Shown in pieces: positions 1-11,923 of a stretch of DNA of 55,818 nucleotides. Source of the DNA: Kondoa subrosea. Lineage: Eukaryota. Position numbers and translations under genes: made by a program. The DNA lies in assembly GCA_039545335.1 (NCBI GenBank), contig BCIN01000008.1, positions 1,065,528 to 1,121,345 on the forward strand, read 5' to 3'. Every line of letters starts with the position of its first letter. Position 1 is the first letter of the stretch. The notes beneath the pieces were generated by a model. That model did no database searches. It worked only from the letters and a program-made list of their open reading frames with translations, and was not told where the DNA came from.

Positions 1-44
1 TTCCCTGTGACACCCATGCGAGACACTGCTCATTTTGCCTTCAG

Positions 45-662
45 ATGTCTCTCAAATCGCTACTTATCAAGTAAGACGATCGCTTGAAAGCGGTATACAG
101 GTCTTTGATTCAGCTTTGTGTGCTTCTCAGGTATCGAAAAGTCTCATCCTTAAACACGTTGCATCGAAAGATGGAGTTCCAGTCCATCTAGGAGCTAGCA
201 TTCTGTCTGGAACAGTTGCTACTACCGTGTGCGCACCAGCAGATGTGCTCAAGTCAAGAATCCAGTCGGCTTCTGGTAATCAGGTAAGTTTGTGCCTTCA
301 TACGCAGACTCAAGTTGACTTTCATCAAAGGGGATCATGGATGTGATACGAACATCTCTGAAAGCGGAGGGACCTGGTTTCCTCTTCCGAGGTTGGGTGC
401 CAGCTTGGCTGAGATTGGGGTAAGTTTTGTTTGACTAGCGCCCTCAATACGAAATCTGACATGATTTTATAGACCAAACACTGTCTTGATGTTCGTCTTC
501 ATGGAACAGCTTCAAAAGGGTGTAGAGTCAGTCTTCTCTATCTCTGGCCTGATACTGGTTATGACTAATACCTGTTCCAGTCTTTGGCGCAATCGACAAA
601 TGCAGACTGCTATTGTTCCTGCAAGGGTGGATTCTATTCAGGAGAAGAAGGTGATGGCATAA
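45..662 (+). CDS. Mitochondrial carrier family protein (dicarboxylate carrier DIC1-like), 3' part only; 5' end lies outside the window
   Basis: Spliced exons give ...VSQIATYQ-VSKSLILK...ATTVCAPADVLKSRIQS (Px[DE]xx[KR]xR carrier signature)...FLFRGWVPAWLRLGPNTVLMFVFMEQLQK...; stop TAA at 660-662. Confidence 0.88.
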
Positions 663-1002
663 TAGGGCATTGGATCTGTGGTTGTCATTTTATACACTTT
701 GTACTGCTGTACTTGGGCTTGTCGATAGTTGTGCATAACATGATTTCTATGCACATCGGCCAAAGATTTCACGTTTGTACTGAGCCTCGCCATGACAAGA
801 AACAAATAGCAGGAAGTCAGCTGATCGAAAGAAGTAGGAGGGAATCAATGAATTAGAGAAAAGGAGATAACTAGATTTGGTCAAGAATAGCGCATTGAAG
901 TGTGTCAACCAAGTCAAATAAAATTTCAACAAACTATCATTTCAAGCAAGCAAACATACTGATACAAACACCGCTCTCTTTCCCCTGAATCAGAAGAACA
1001 GC

Positions 1003-2452
1003 TTAATCCAAGAAACCATCAGGTGTAGCCTGTGCATTTGTATTCAGCAATCTTATCACTGGCCCAGGAAGAGAAAGCTTACAGGTCCCCAAACTGCTAG
1101 AGCTTCGTCGGAAGCTGGTAATCTGCCAGAAGGATTCTTGTGGTTGACTTGATCTGAATCGGCGCTGCATTGTTATGTTAGAACAAGCTACCGAGGAGCA
1201 AGAAGCAAAAGCTTACTAGTGTTCAATCATGAATTTGCCCTCAGGTTGGAACCTATCAATCAACTAAATCAGCGCTTTCTTGGAAATCCTTCACGAATAG
1301 TGATTTACCAGTAGTCGAACACTTGGGAACCGAGAATATCTGTAAACTTTGATATTAGAGTAAGCTCAAAGAAGGACAAGATATCGACATACGTCTGCCT
1401 ACACCCCAGCACGGAGTGTAACCCTTGCTTTCAAGCCATTGATGACCAATCTAAACTCGCAACTTTAGCTCCAATAATACTTCAATGGAGGAAAGAAGCT
1501 GACCATTTGAGTGTCATAGTCTTGAACTTCGAAAGAGCAATGATGAACACCAGTACGCTTGCTGTTCTCGGAAAAGAAGAAAGCGTGGTGATCGACGAAA
1601 GTTTCGCCTAGATCGAAATGAAGGAAAGCTGCTACATCTGTGTCATCTGGAGTGTGTAGAATACTAACCACCAAAAGGAGCAACATTAGGCCAGTTCGAC
1701 AAGATCAAAAGGCATAACATACTCTGAAGGAGTGAGGGTGAAGTGAGACATGTAGAAGTCAAGGGTTCTCTTGTAGTTTGATACTAGAAGACCGAAATGA
1801 CCAAGCTTGTGAACTACGGCAGGTTGGGCTTCGAATCTGTATAATCGCCTTCTCAACATAATAATATTGAACGAAGTCAGCACAACACACCTCAAGAACT
1901 CTCCCTTTCTTGGCTTCGCAAGAGGGAAGTTGTTGATGCGAGTAAGACCAGGGTCACGATCTTCTCTTTCTTCAATACCGTGAACGAGATGGAAAGGTAG
2001 ACCATCAGGATCAGTAGCAGAAACCATTTCACCTCCACCTGGACCATCAAGCTTGAATGGACCTTTAGCGTTTGGTAGAGTCTTTGCTGCCTTTTCCAAA
2101 TCTTCTCTTGAACCAGCTAAGAAGACACCACCTTGATATTCTGGTTCATCGGTCTTTGTTGCGACGTAAACGTATTGATCAACACCAGATCCAGCGAACC
2201 ATCGAGTTGTCCCATCGTCTTTGACGACTTCCATACCAAAGTCTTTCCTGTCATAGACATTAGCTACATTGGAATGATTGCCATCCGGAGTTTTACAGGA
2301 ATGTCGTAGTTAGTTCAAGGTCCTTGTGCCCATAACGCATATGCGAGCAGCGCAGCTGTAGACGACAAATAAGAAGTGAGATCAGCGAAAGCTTGAAGTC
2401 GCTCGAAGCGGGTACTGACAATGCGGATTCTGTCATCTTTCTGGATTGCCAT
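1003..2452 (-). CDS. VOC/glyoxalase-fold extradiol ring-cleavage dioxygenase (trihydroxytoluene oxygenase-like)
   Basis: ATG at 2452 (MAIQKDDRIRI); multi-exon; motifs DPDG.PFHLVHG, VHKLGHFG, VDHH..F, GVHHCSFEV, WGVGRHILGSQVFDYW, FMIEHYAD and terminal WGP; His/His/Glu metal triad appears intact; stop TAA at 1003-1005. Confidence 0.9.
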
Positions 2453-2756
2453 TGCTTCTAGCTTCTATGTGAATGAGCTGTAGTAAAGTGCTGGTGTTCA
2501 GTTTACAGGTCACTGAGAAAGCGGATCCCTTTACTCACAATTGGTAATGCGAGGGATTGTTCTTCAACAACGATGTATATGCCTGAGGCTTGATAGCAGA
2601 CAGTGATGAAGTGCAAGGGAGTAGTGGTGCTGCAGGACAAGAGTGTGGAGTCGAGGCTGCCATCCCTCGGTCGGCATTTTCGGTCCTTTTATTCTTCCGA
2701 GCTTTATCGCTGTGAATGTCAACCTTGGCCTCTTTCATCTCTCGCTACTGATAAAA

Positions 2757-4053
2757 ATGACTTGGTCACGCATTCTCCGTTTTGTTGCTGAAGAAGATGG
2801 CCAAACTTACTTGGGTCAACCGGTGGATGCCAAATTGGATGTAGGCAAAGCTTTCGCTGCGGGAGACAAAGTAAAGGTCAATGTCATCAAGAGCGATATC
2901 TTTGATGCAAAGGCAGAGGTCTCATCAGATGAAAAGACTGTCAAAGAGGTTAGCTGGATTCCCGACATTGCGGCTGAGCTTGGCTGACACAAATCTTTGG
3001 ATAGCTTCTATGTCCTCTTACTAGGCAGCAAGTGTCAGTTATACGCTGTCTAGGCCTTAATTACCAGAAACATCAAGTATGGGCTGCCTTTGGATGTGCT
3101 CGCGTGTACTGATACCTCTTCCTTGTTTAGGTAGAATCTGGTTATCCAAGACCAAATGAACCTCTCCTCTTCCTCAAACCTAGAACTTCACTCTGCGGCC
3201 CTGGTCACTTAGTCATGCCTAAAGCAGTAGAAGATCAGCTGGATTTCGAGACTGAGTACGTACTTTTAGAAATCCTTAGGGACTATGCTGATCGGTATAT
3301 ATAGGTTGGCAGTGATAATAGGCAAAGACGCTCGCGATGTGAAAGAAGCAGATGCATTCCAATATGTATTAGGGTGAGTCAATAACCTCTGATTACCTAA
3401 TGTAAAACTGGCTAACATATAAATTTTAGCTACGCAAGTGCAAATGACTTGAGTGCAAGAAAATTCCAGACAGCAGTGAGTTGAATTGGTGGATTCTTTA
3501 GCATCGCAGACTAACAGTCCTTTTCTGCCTAGAACTCTCAAATCTGCTTCGGCAAAGGCTTCGACAATGCTTGCCCAATAGGTAAGCTGCCTTCTATAAC
3601 GTTAGTCTAATCTTTAATCAAGACTATTCAACTTACAGGACCAGTCATTGTCTCTACTCGCGAGATCAAGGATCCTCAAGGTCTGGATTTCGAAGGTCGC
3701 ATGGATGGCAAACCGCAACAAGCGGATAGTACAGAGTAAGCTGTTCGAATAGTAACGCGTTTTGAGATGATTTCTGATCACACCACAATGAATAGCGATA
3801 TGATCTTCAAAGTAGCTGAAACTATCGCGCACTGCTCTCAAGGTACAACTCTCGAACAGGGATCTATCATCTTGATGGGAACACCTAAAGGTATGCTGTA
3901 CTTCCACTAGGTTTATTGCTTAGCTCATTGATCTGGATTGCAGGTGTCGGCTGGTTCCAAAAACCTTTGAACCTCATCAAGGAAGGCAGTAAATTCGAAG
4001 TAGAGTTCTCTCATGGGTTAGGCACACTTGTCAATACCTTCTCCTTTGCATAA
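2757..4053 (+). CDS. Fumarylacetoacetate hydrolase (FAH) family protein
   Basis: MTWSRILRFVAEEDGQTYLGQPVD N-terminus; spliced motifs CLGLNY, PLLFLKPRTS, LDFETELAVIIGK, NDLSARKFQ, GKGFDNACPIGP, MIFKVAETIAHCSQGTTLEQGSIILMGTPKGVG. Confidence 0.92.
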
Positions 4054-4270
4054 TTCATACTGTCGCGTTCTTGCTCGTGATATTACTTGGAGATGCAACG
4101 GACATTTTTTTAACATCCGACGAAACCGCTCGGAAGGTAAATATATTCTTGACTGCCTTGAAGGTGATCACCTATCAACCACTACATACAACTTTGGCTA
4201 GCTTGCTCTCCTTCACTTCCTTTGCGGTCATACTTGTTGGATTATTGAACACCATATCAAGCTCGCAAAC

Positions 4271-6186
4271 ATGTCTGGGCAATTCGACTGCGATGTGATT
4301 GTAGCAGGAGCTGGTTAGCTGGCTTTCTTTGTATACCTGCTTAAGATACAGTGCTTAATGCCTGTCGATCAGGTCCTGTTGGATTATTGACTTCGCTTCG
4401 TTTGGCGAACGAAGGTTAGCTGCACCGTTTACTTGGCCTTACAATGCTGATGAGATTCTTACAGGTCTATCTGTTACTCTGTATGTTTGCTTGACGTCGA
4501 AAAGCAGCTCAGAATCTCATGACTTCGAGAAAGCTTGGAAGCTCTACCAGAAATCGTCGATTCACCTAGAGCAGCTGTCTATCGTGGTCCAGCATTATTA
4601 GAATTGGTAGCAGCTGGAGTGATCAAAGATGTGAAAGAAAGAGGTATCAAGACTACCGATTTGTCTTGGAGAAGAGTCGGAGCTGTTAAAGATAAAGATG
4701 GGAAAGAAATCTTCCCTGCTCATTCTGTGTCAGTTTTCTAGGCTATGCACACAGACAAGTGGTTTGGTTCTGATGTAATGAATATAGCATTACAAAACTT
4801 GACAGCAAAGACTTGTGAGCTTTTTACTTGATTATCCTTCTAGAAGTACTGATCACACACACAGCTATCCTGAAGGCAATGAGAATGAATGCATTACTTT
4901 TGGTCAATATGCTCTGTCTGAAGTCCTGAGGGAACATCTAGCCAAATTACCAAACTTCAAGATGCATTTCTCTACACCTGTTACCGCTATTGAACAAGAT
5001 TCCGAGAGTATCACTGTTAGTTCAAATGACAAGAAGTTCAGAGCGCGATACATGGTTGCCTGTGATGGTGGACGAAGTGCATGTCGGAAGCTGCTTGGCA
5101 CAAAGTTTGAAGGTAAGATGCATGATTTTGCAGAAGACCAGCTCGCTGACTTGCTTGATAGGCTATACATTCCCCTACCCTGTGGTAGCAAACAAGTATG
5201 TCAAGACCTTCTGCGCGATGGTAGCTTCCTGAACCATTTCTTCTTGCGTCCAGTGTGTACTATCCTTTCATGGAGCATGGCTTTGGAAACTGTGAGTGTC
5301 ACGTCTGTGCGAAACAATGAATAATGTCTAATTGGTCACCTGCCAGGTCAATGTATGTTTAAAACTCAATCATTCATCACTGGCCTAATTGCTAATGATT
5401 GCTAAAGACTTCGTGGACGAAGATCACTGGGCGCTCATTGCTAGATTAGACGCTAAAGGCATGTGGCGAGTAAGCTGTAGGTGTCTTTCAGCTCGAGAAG
5501 TAAGACATTCCTGACCGAAAATATAGATGGGGAGAAAGAAGGCATGACTGAAGAGCAATTACACGACCCTAAGCGAGTGCACGAGAAGTTTGAAGCTCTC
5601 TTCCCTGGCCCAAGACCACTCAAGTACGACTGCATCTCTACCCGATCCTATCTGATGCATCAGAGATGTGCGGATAAGTTCAGGGTCGGCCGAGCATTGC
5701 TTGCTGGTGATGCGGCGAGATTGAACAACCCTTTCGGAGGTCTTGGATTGACTGGCGGTATTCTCGATGGCGGGGCTGCTGCTGAAGCGATCATTGCGGT
5801 TCTTCAAGATGGCGAACCCGAAAGCATTCTTGATCGGTACTCAGAGATCAGGAGAGCAATCTTCTTGAATTACAACAACAAGTGGTGCGTCGAAGCTTTA
5901 CACTTGTGGTTTCGGCTCTTACTTTCCGTCTTTTAGGTCGATTGATAATGTCAAAACTCTTATGGAAACAGATCCAGCTACAGCTCAAGATCACCCAATG
6001 TTCAAAGCGCTCAATAATCAAACGTTAGAAGAGGCGAAAGCAGCGTTCTATGATGATCATGTTATTCGACACTCAATGATTCGAGAATATACTCAACCTG
6101 ACAAGAAAGCAATGCGAGAAGAGAAGCAGAAGAAGGCTCTTGAAGGTTTCACTGTCGTCGAATATCCTCTCAAGGTGGTATCATAG
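4271..6186 (+). CDS. FAD-dependent aromatic hydroxylase (group A flavoprotein monooxygenase, MhpA/UbiH-like)
   Basis: DVIVAGAGPVGLLTSLRLA Rossmann motif, SPRA, ACDGGRS (DG motif), FRVGRALLAGDAARLNNPFGGLGLTGG (GD motif), LDRYSEIRR. Confidence 0.92.
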
Positions 6187-6443
6187 GGATCGGGCCTTAC
6201 ATTGTAATTTTCGTGTTGGATTGCATTTCTGTTTTCATACGGTCAACCATGCCTATCTTTGCTCTGGAGATTGAAGCAGAACGATCTTGACCAAACTATC
6301 ACGTCGCTGCACGCTCTCAGAATTGCTTGTGTCCGCTTAAGATCTTTTGCCATCCCGACATGTCCCTCCGCTATGCGAATTGAGCGACCTGTTGTCTTGC
6401 CCTGCTACTGTTTCATCGATAGTGTCATCTGCATATAGCAATC

Positions 6444-8272
6444 ATGCCCACAGAAACTGAAGCTTGGGTTGTCTTCGAAGCTGGAGGCCCGTTTCAACTC
6501 GAGCAAGTCATTCTGGATGATCCATTGGATGATGAAGTGCTTGTGGAGTGAGCGCTCTGCATATGGATACTTGCTTGAGCTGATTCCCTAGCAGAATGGT
6601 AGCATCTGGCGTCTGCGTGAGTTTCGGTTTAAGTTGTATCTACTCATTGCTGATGTTCAAACAGCACACGGATCTGTCGTGCGCTAAAGGTGTACTTCCT
6701 GGTTGTACATATCCTGTGATCTTGGGTTCGGATCCATTCTTTCCGCTTCATGAATTGGAGCTCAAAATGTCGACAACTCCAGGTCATGAAGGCAGTGGAA
6801 AGGTCATCAAATGCGGCTCAAAAGTTACTTCAGTGTGAGAGCTGCTCCTCTCTCTCTCTCTTGACCAAGTCTGAGCAGGGAGACAGATCTCCTGGCGATT
6901 CAGTTCTCTTGAGTTTCGCCTATTGCAACTCCTGCCCTAGCTGCAAAGCGAAAGATGTCGTATCATGCGATACCTGGGTTCAGGCGAGTCACAGCTTTTT
7001 TGGTTTTGGTCTTCCTCTTATATGCAGAACAGCTCAATTTCCTCAAGCATCGGTTAGACGGCTCAAGTGAGGTTGGGACACTGAAAGATGGCAAACGAGT
7101 TCAAGGAAGCTTCTTTGGTCAATCTAGGTCAGTCGTGGCTTGGGAAGACGTGACGAGTAGCTCATTAAAGTACGCAGTTTCGGGAAGCATGCGCTTGTTC
7201 GAGAAACTTCAGTAAGTCAGAAAGACTTTTATAGAAGCTGGCTGATGTTATTGAAGTGTGTCAAAGTGGCTCAAGGGACAGATCTAGAAATGTTAGCTTC
7301 TCTAGGATGTAGTTCGCAAACCGGAGCAGGTAGTCGTCATTGCTTGTAATGTTCGCAATAGCTGACACGCGATTTAGGGAGTGTTCTTAATATAGCTAAG
7401 CCTAAAGAGGAGCAAAGCATCTTGATCGGAGGTTTAGGAGGAGTAGGTAAGCGGTCCTCGACTCGATTGCATCTGATAAGAACTAATATTCATGGGTGCG
7501 ATAGGTTATGCTGCGCTCTTCGCAGCTGCTTCTTTGAACGTGAAGACTATCATTGCGGTGGATCTGATTGATAGCAGGCTTGTGAGCTGTACGCGCTGTG
7601 CACAGAATCATTATTGATTCTTGCTCTAGGCAAAGGCGAAAGAGCATGGTGCTACTCATCTTATCAATGCTAGAGAAGTTGATACAATTGAAGAAGTGAT
7701 GAAGATCACCAACGGAAGAGGCGTAGATTTCGCTATTGAAGCTACTGGAGTTGCAAGAGCCGCGAAAGCCGCATTCTTTAGTCTTGGCAAGAGAGGAAAG
7801 ATGGTCGGTCTTCCGTCCGAGTATGATCTTCCCAATTAATCGATGCTAAAAGGTACAAATTGGTGACAACGCTGCTGGTGAACTCAGTCTGTAAGTAATC
7901 AGTATCTCTGCTTTCTGATCTATTTGTGAATGGGAGATATTAGGCCTCTGGGCGGCTTCCTCTCACACTTGCGGACGATCGTTGGCTGTGCCGAAGGAGA
8001 TTCATATACTCCTGAATTCATACCGAAGCTAGTTCAAATGAACAAGGATGGCAAGGTAGTCTGCTCTTCGATCGCTTCGATATACGCTGATTCGTATGCA
8101 TAGTTCCCTATCGAAGCCATATCGAAGAAATACAGCTGGCGAGATCTTCCTGCAGGTATTACAGATCTTTCCTTTATGAGAGTCACTAGCTGACCTTCTA
8201 CTGACAGCCGAGAATGACATGCACCACGGAACCACAATCAAGCCAATCCTTATCTTCGCCAAAGAGCAGTAG
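6444..8272 (+). CDS. Zn-dependent medium-chain alcohol dehydrogenase (aryl/benzyl-alcohol dehydrogenase-like)
   Basis: GVCHTD, GHEGSG, structural Zn CNSCPSC...C, FFGQS, third ligand LGCSSQTGAG, GLGGVG followed by acidic VD (NAD preference), C-terminal GTTIKPILIF; many short introns. Confidence 0.92.
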
Positions 8273-8537
8273 AAGTCGCTGCGCAGTAGATCTCTATAAA
8301 TTGATACTAAACCGATTTTATGCTCAACCTGTAACCGGATCCTTGTTATTGCATTGTAGTGAATACAACAGTGACAAATTAGTACTGTGTATGCATCCTA
8401 GCCTGCCTCCCATGATAATGCTACTATCTCCAGATGACCGGGAGCCAGGCAATTCCCCGCACATACGAGCCTGGAACAATGCCGAACTCTCTTCAGCTGA
8501 TACAGGCAAGTAACAGACATGCTACTCTGATACAATT

Positions 8538-11525
8538 ATGTCTACGAGTGACGAGACGATCCCTGTGGTCGCCAATGTGGGCAAGAACGGCGAGAAGAAA
8601 CAAGCTGCTTGCCTCGCATGCAGACGAAGCAAGCTCCGCTGTGTCAAGGACACCGAAGACGCCCTTGTCTGCACAAGATGCAAGTCCTTGGCTTTGGAAT
8701 GTGTGATACCAGAATACAGAGGTGAGCCCATCCAGCATCCCTTTCCTGTCCGTGTCTGCTCTGCATGTCCTTGTTGTTCCGATTTTCCATTCGGATGTGC
8801 TTCGTACTGCTGCATCCAAGTCCGCTTGTCGTGATGGTTTGGAAGCATGTCATAGGCTCTCCCGCGAACACGCCCATCGGTCTTTAGGTCGGAAGTTGTT
8901 AAATGCCCTGCACTGGGCTATTTTTCATCATCATAAGCCTATCCTAGCTTATTGTTTGCATGCTAATGTACTTATCGATACAGTTGGTCGTCACAAGGGA
9001 ACGAAGAACAAATATACAGGTCTAGAGAAGTCAGTAAGACATCTAGAGCAAGCGTTGGAAAGCGGAACTTCTGGTTCAGTTTGCGATCCTTCACGACTCA
9101 AGAGCTTGCTACAAGAGGCCAGTCAAAAGCTCAACCTGAAAAGGAAGAGGGAAGATCCTGATCCTGGAGAACATCGGATATTAGAAATGCATCGTCAACC
9201 TTCTTTCTCTACCGATGGTCAGGCAAATCAAACTTACCAAGCAAATCTCTATGCTCAACAAATGAATATGCAAAGTACTTCTAGTAATTCAAATCTCTTT
9301 CAAAGCAATGCCCCTTTACCTTCCCCCGGATTCGCTTCTAATCATTTCTCGCCCACTGGCGATCTCTTTCAGCCAAATCAGTTCCACAGTCAAGCATTCG
9401 CTTCCCTCGTTGGCCAATCTTTCCCCATTCCCGCTCCTGCAGCTCCAAGCCGGTCCCCGATGAACACTTCGCAGAAGTCTTTGCCTGCTGGCAATTCCTC
9501 TTTCGATTTTGCCAACGCGCCCAATCCCCAGCATCGTAAACGCCTGTCTCTCGGCCAAAACGATCCGCTTCAGCCTCAAACGTCGTTCTCACCTTTCGGA
9601 TCTGCTCAAAGCCTCGATGCCTCTTCTCCAGCCGGATCGGCTACAACTATAGAGCAAGTACAGAACGCTGAAAATCCCTTGGGTCTGTTAGCATCGGTGT
9701 CCGAGCGTGTCGACATGCAGCCTTTTAGCTCTTCAGAATTCAGCTCATTACCGTCGGGCCTGCAGAAGGGTCGCTTCTTCGGCTCGAAAGCTTTCCGACT
9801 AGACAACACACCTGAATTGGATCCGATAGCTCTTGGCCTGGTCACATACGATGAAGCTAATCTCCTTGTCAACACTTTTCATTCCTCTTTGTCTCATACT
9901 CGATGGGGACTGACCAGCTCAATTCACACGACCGACTTCATTCGCTCAAGATCGAGTCTTCTTCTTACTGGCGTCATGCTAGGAGCCTCCAAATTTCTAG
10001 ACAACCATGAAGCGATTAACAAACGCTTACAAAGTCATTTGGCATTAGTCATTCGAGCGATATTTGAACAAGGCTACAAATCTATTGAGATCGTACTCGG
10101 TTTTCTTGTATGTATTCCGTGGCAGTCTCCGGGTGATAATGTGACAGGCAAGTCTGCCCTCATCGAGCAAAGCTTCCAGCTAACTCAGGAAATAGAGGAT
10201 CCTACCTCTCACTACATTGCTATGGCAATGAATATCGCCTTAGATTTATCGTTGGATCGCAAGATCTCGGATGAGAAAACACAGAAGCCAAGTTTTGGGC
10301 ATCTGTCTATTCTTTCGCCTCGCAATGCTCTGAATATTGTAGGTTGAATACTCTTGTATCATAGCAACCAGCTAAGTAATCATAGGATGGCTTTCCCGAA
10401 GTACATCCTGACTGTTGGTATGGAAGGCAATTACTCAGAGCAAGAGAAAGAGCTTTTCTATCATTATATGTGCTGGATCGTGGTTTTGCTTTAGCAAGAG
10501 GTCGACCATCGATGGTTCCAATCACTGCTGCTGTGGTTGCTTGCGATAAATGGCATGAAAGTCCTGATGCAGATCCTTCCGATGCTTCGATAGCTGGTGC
10601 GACAGTTCTCAGAAGAGATATGGATCAAGTCATAGAGAAGGTCAAGCTCCTCAGTGATCAGAGTACAGCGGAAAACGAATCAGGTCAACGTATACGCGAA
10701 GAAGTGGATGGCTATTTCAATTCTTGGCATCAGAATTGGGATCAAGCTATCATGAAAGGGCAGAGTGGCTTTCCTCCTTATCTCGACATTCTCATACAAC
10801 ATGTAGGTTAAGATAGCTGCTAGCTTTAAAGGAAATCCGCTAATTTCGCTACCAGACAAAGCTTTCCATATATGGCGCCGTGGTAAATTACATGAATGCC
10901 TCCCTCGAAGTCTCCAGCAACCTCGGCAATTGGGGCTTATCTGCAGCACTCAATGTCATGAGGGCTGCAGTACAAGGCGAAGACAAGCTGAAGTCAATGC
11001 CAAACAACTGGTAAGCTCGTTCTTGTGACCCGATCACAACCTCTTAATTTCAAGTAGTGCTGTCATGGTCTCTTATGCTGTCTGCTTTGTATTGGGGATC
11101 TATGCAAAACCGTCCTCTTTTGGCTCCACCATCGAACCGAAAGTCAGGATTTTGATTGGTCAAGTCATTGATATGCTTGTTCGGATCGGTTCTGTCACAC
11201 CGCATCGGCGTGGGATGTCAGCTGTATATGGCAAATCTCTGAAGGTATGTCATCACGACCTGTCTTGCTTCAGCGCTAACCCGAGACCGAGTAGGAAGCT
11301 GTTGCTCGAGTTCCTTTCATGGGAACACCTTTGCCAGAAAAGCAAACGGCTCTCGATACTCAAGAGAAAGAAATTAATACAGCAACTGGATTGGACATCC
11401 CTATGTTCTCTAATATGACAGATCTTCAATTGTCCACTGAAGTTGGTCTGTCGCATCCCTCCATCGATCTCGAAGCTTTCAACAGCGGCTCAGAATGGAT
11501 GTCTTGGATTACTAGCGCGCCCTAA
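8538..11525 (+). CDS. Zn(II)2Cys6 fungal transcription factor
   Basis: CLACRRSKLRC...CTRC....EC binuclear cluster; ENPLGLLA, LDPIALGLVT, RSRSSLLLT, KSIEIVLGFL and middle homology region YVLDRGFALARGRP. Confidence 0.92.
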
Positions 11526-11923
11526 ACAGGATTTCAACACTTCACTTGTATAGCATGGGCTTAGGGGAGCATTATGTAATGCGTGTGAGATATGTAGATG
11601 TAACATTCGAACTTTTCTTCTTCGACCATTATCGTTCTCGCTCTCCGCTGTGCCTCGGAACTGTAGCTGGAAACAGCATCTCGGATAAAGTTCGAGTTGC
11701 AGCCTTCGCGTCGAATATTGGCATGAATAAATTTGTTTCCTCAAGTGCACTCTATGAGATCCGTATCATGATAACACCTCTCTTCCCTCCCTTTTCTTTC
11801 CCCTTGATCGTGGTGTGCCAAAGTGTCGGCCATTGTTTGGCTGATTTGTTTCACCGGTGCTCAACCTTGGCTTGACCTATCAACTCTTCTGCATACCGCC
11901 AATACTACTAACTGCTCTTCAAT

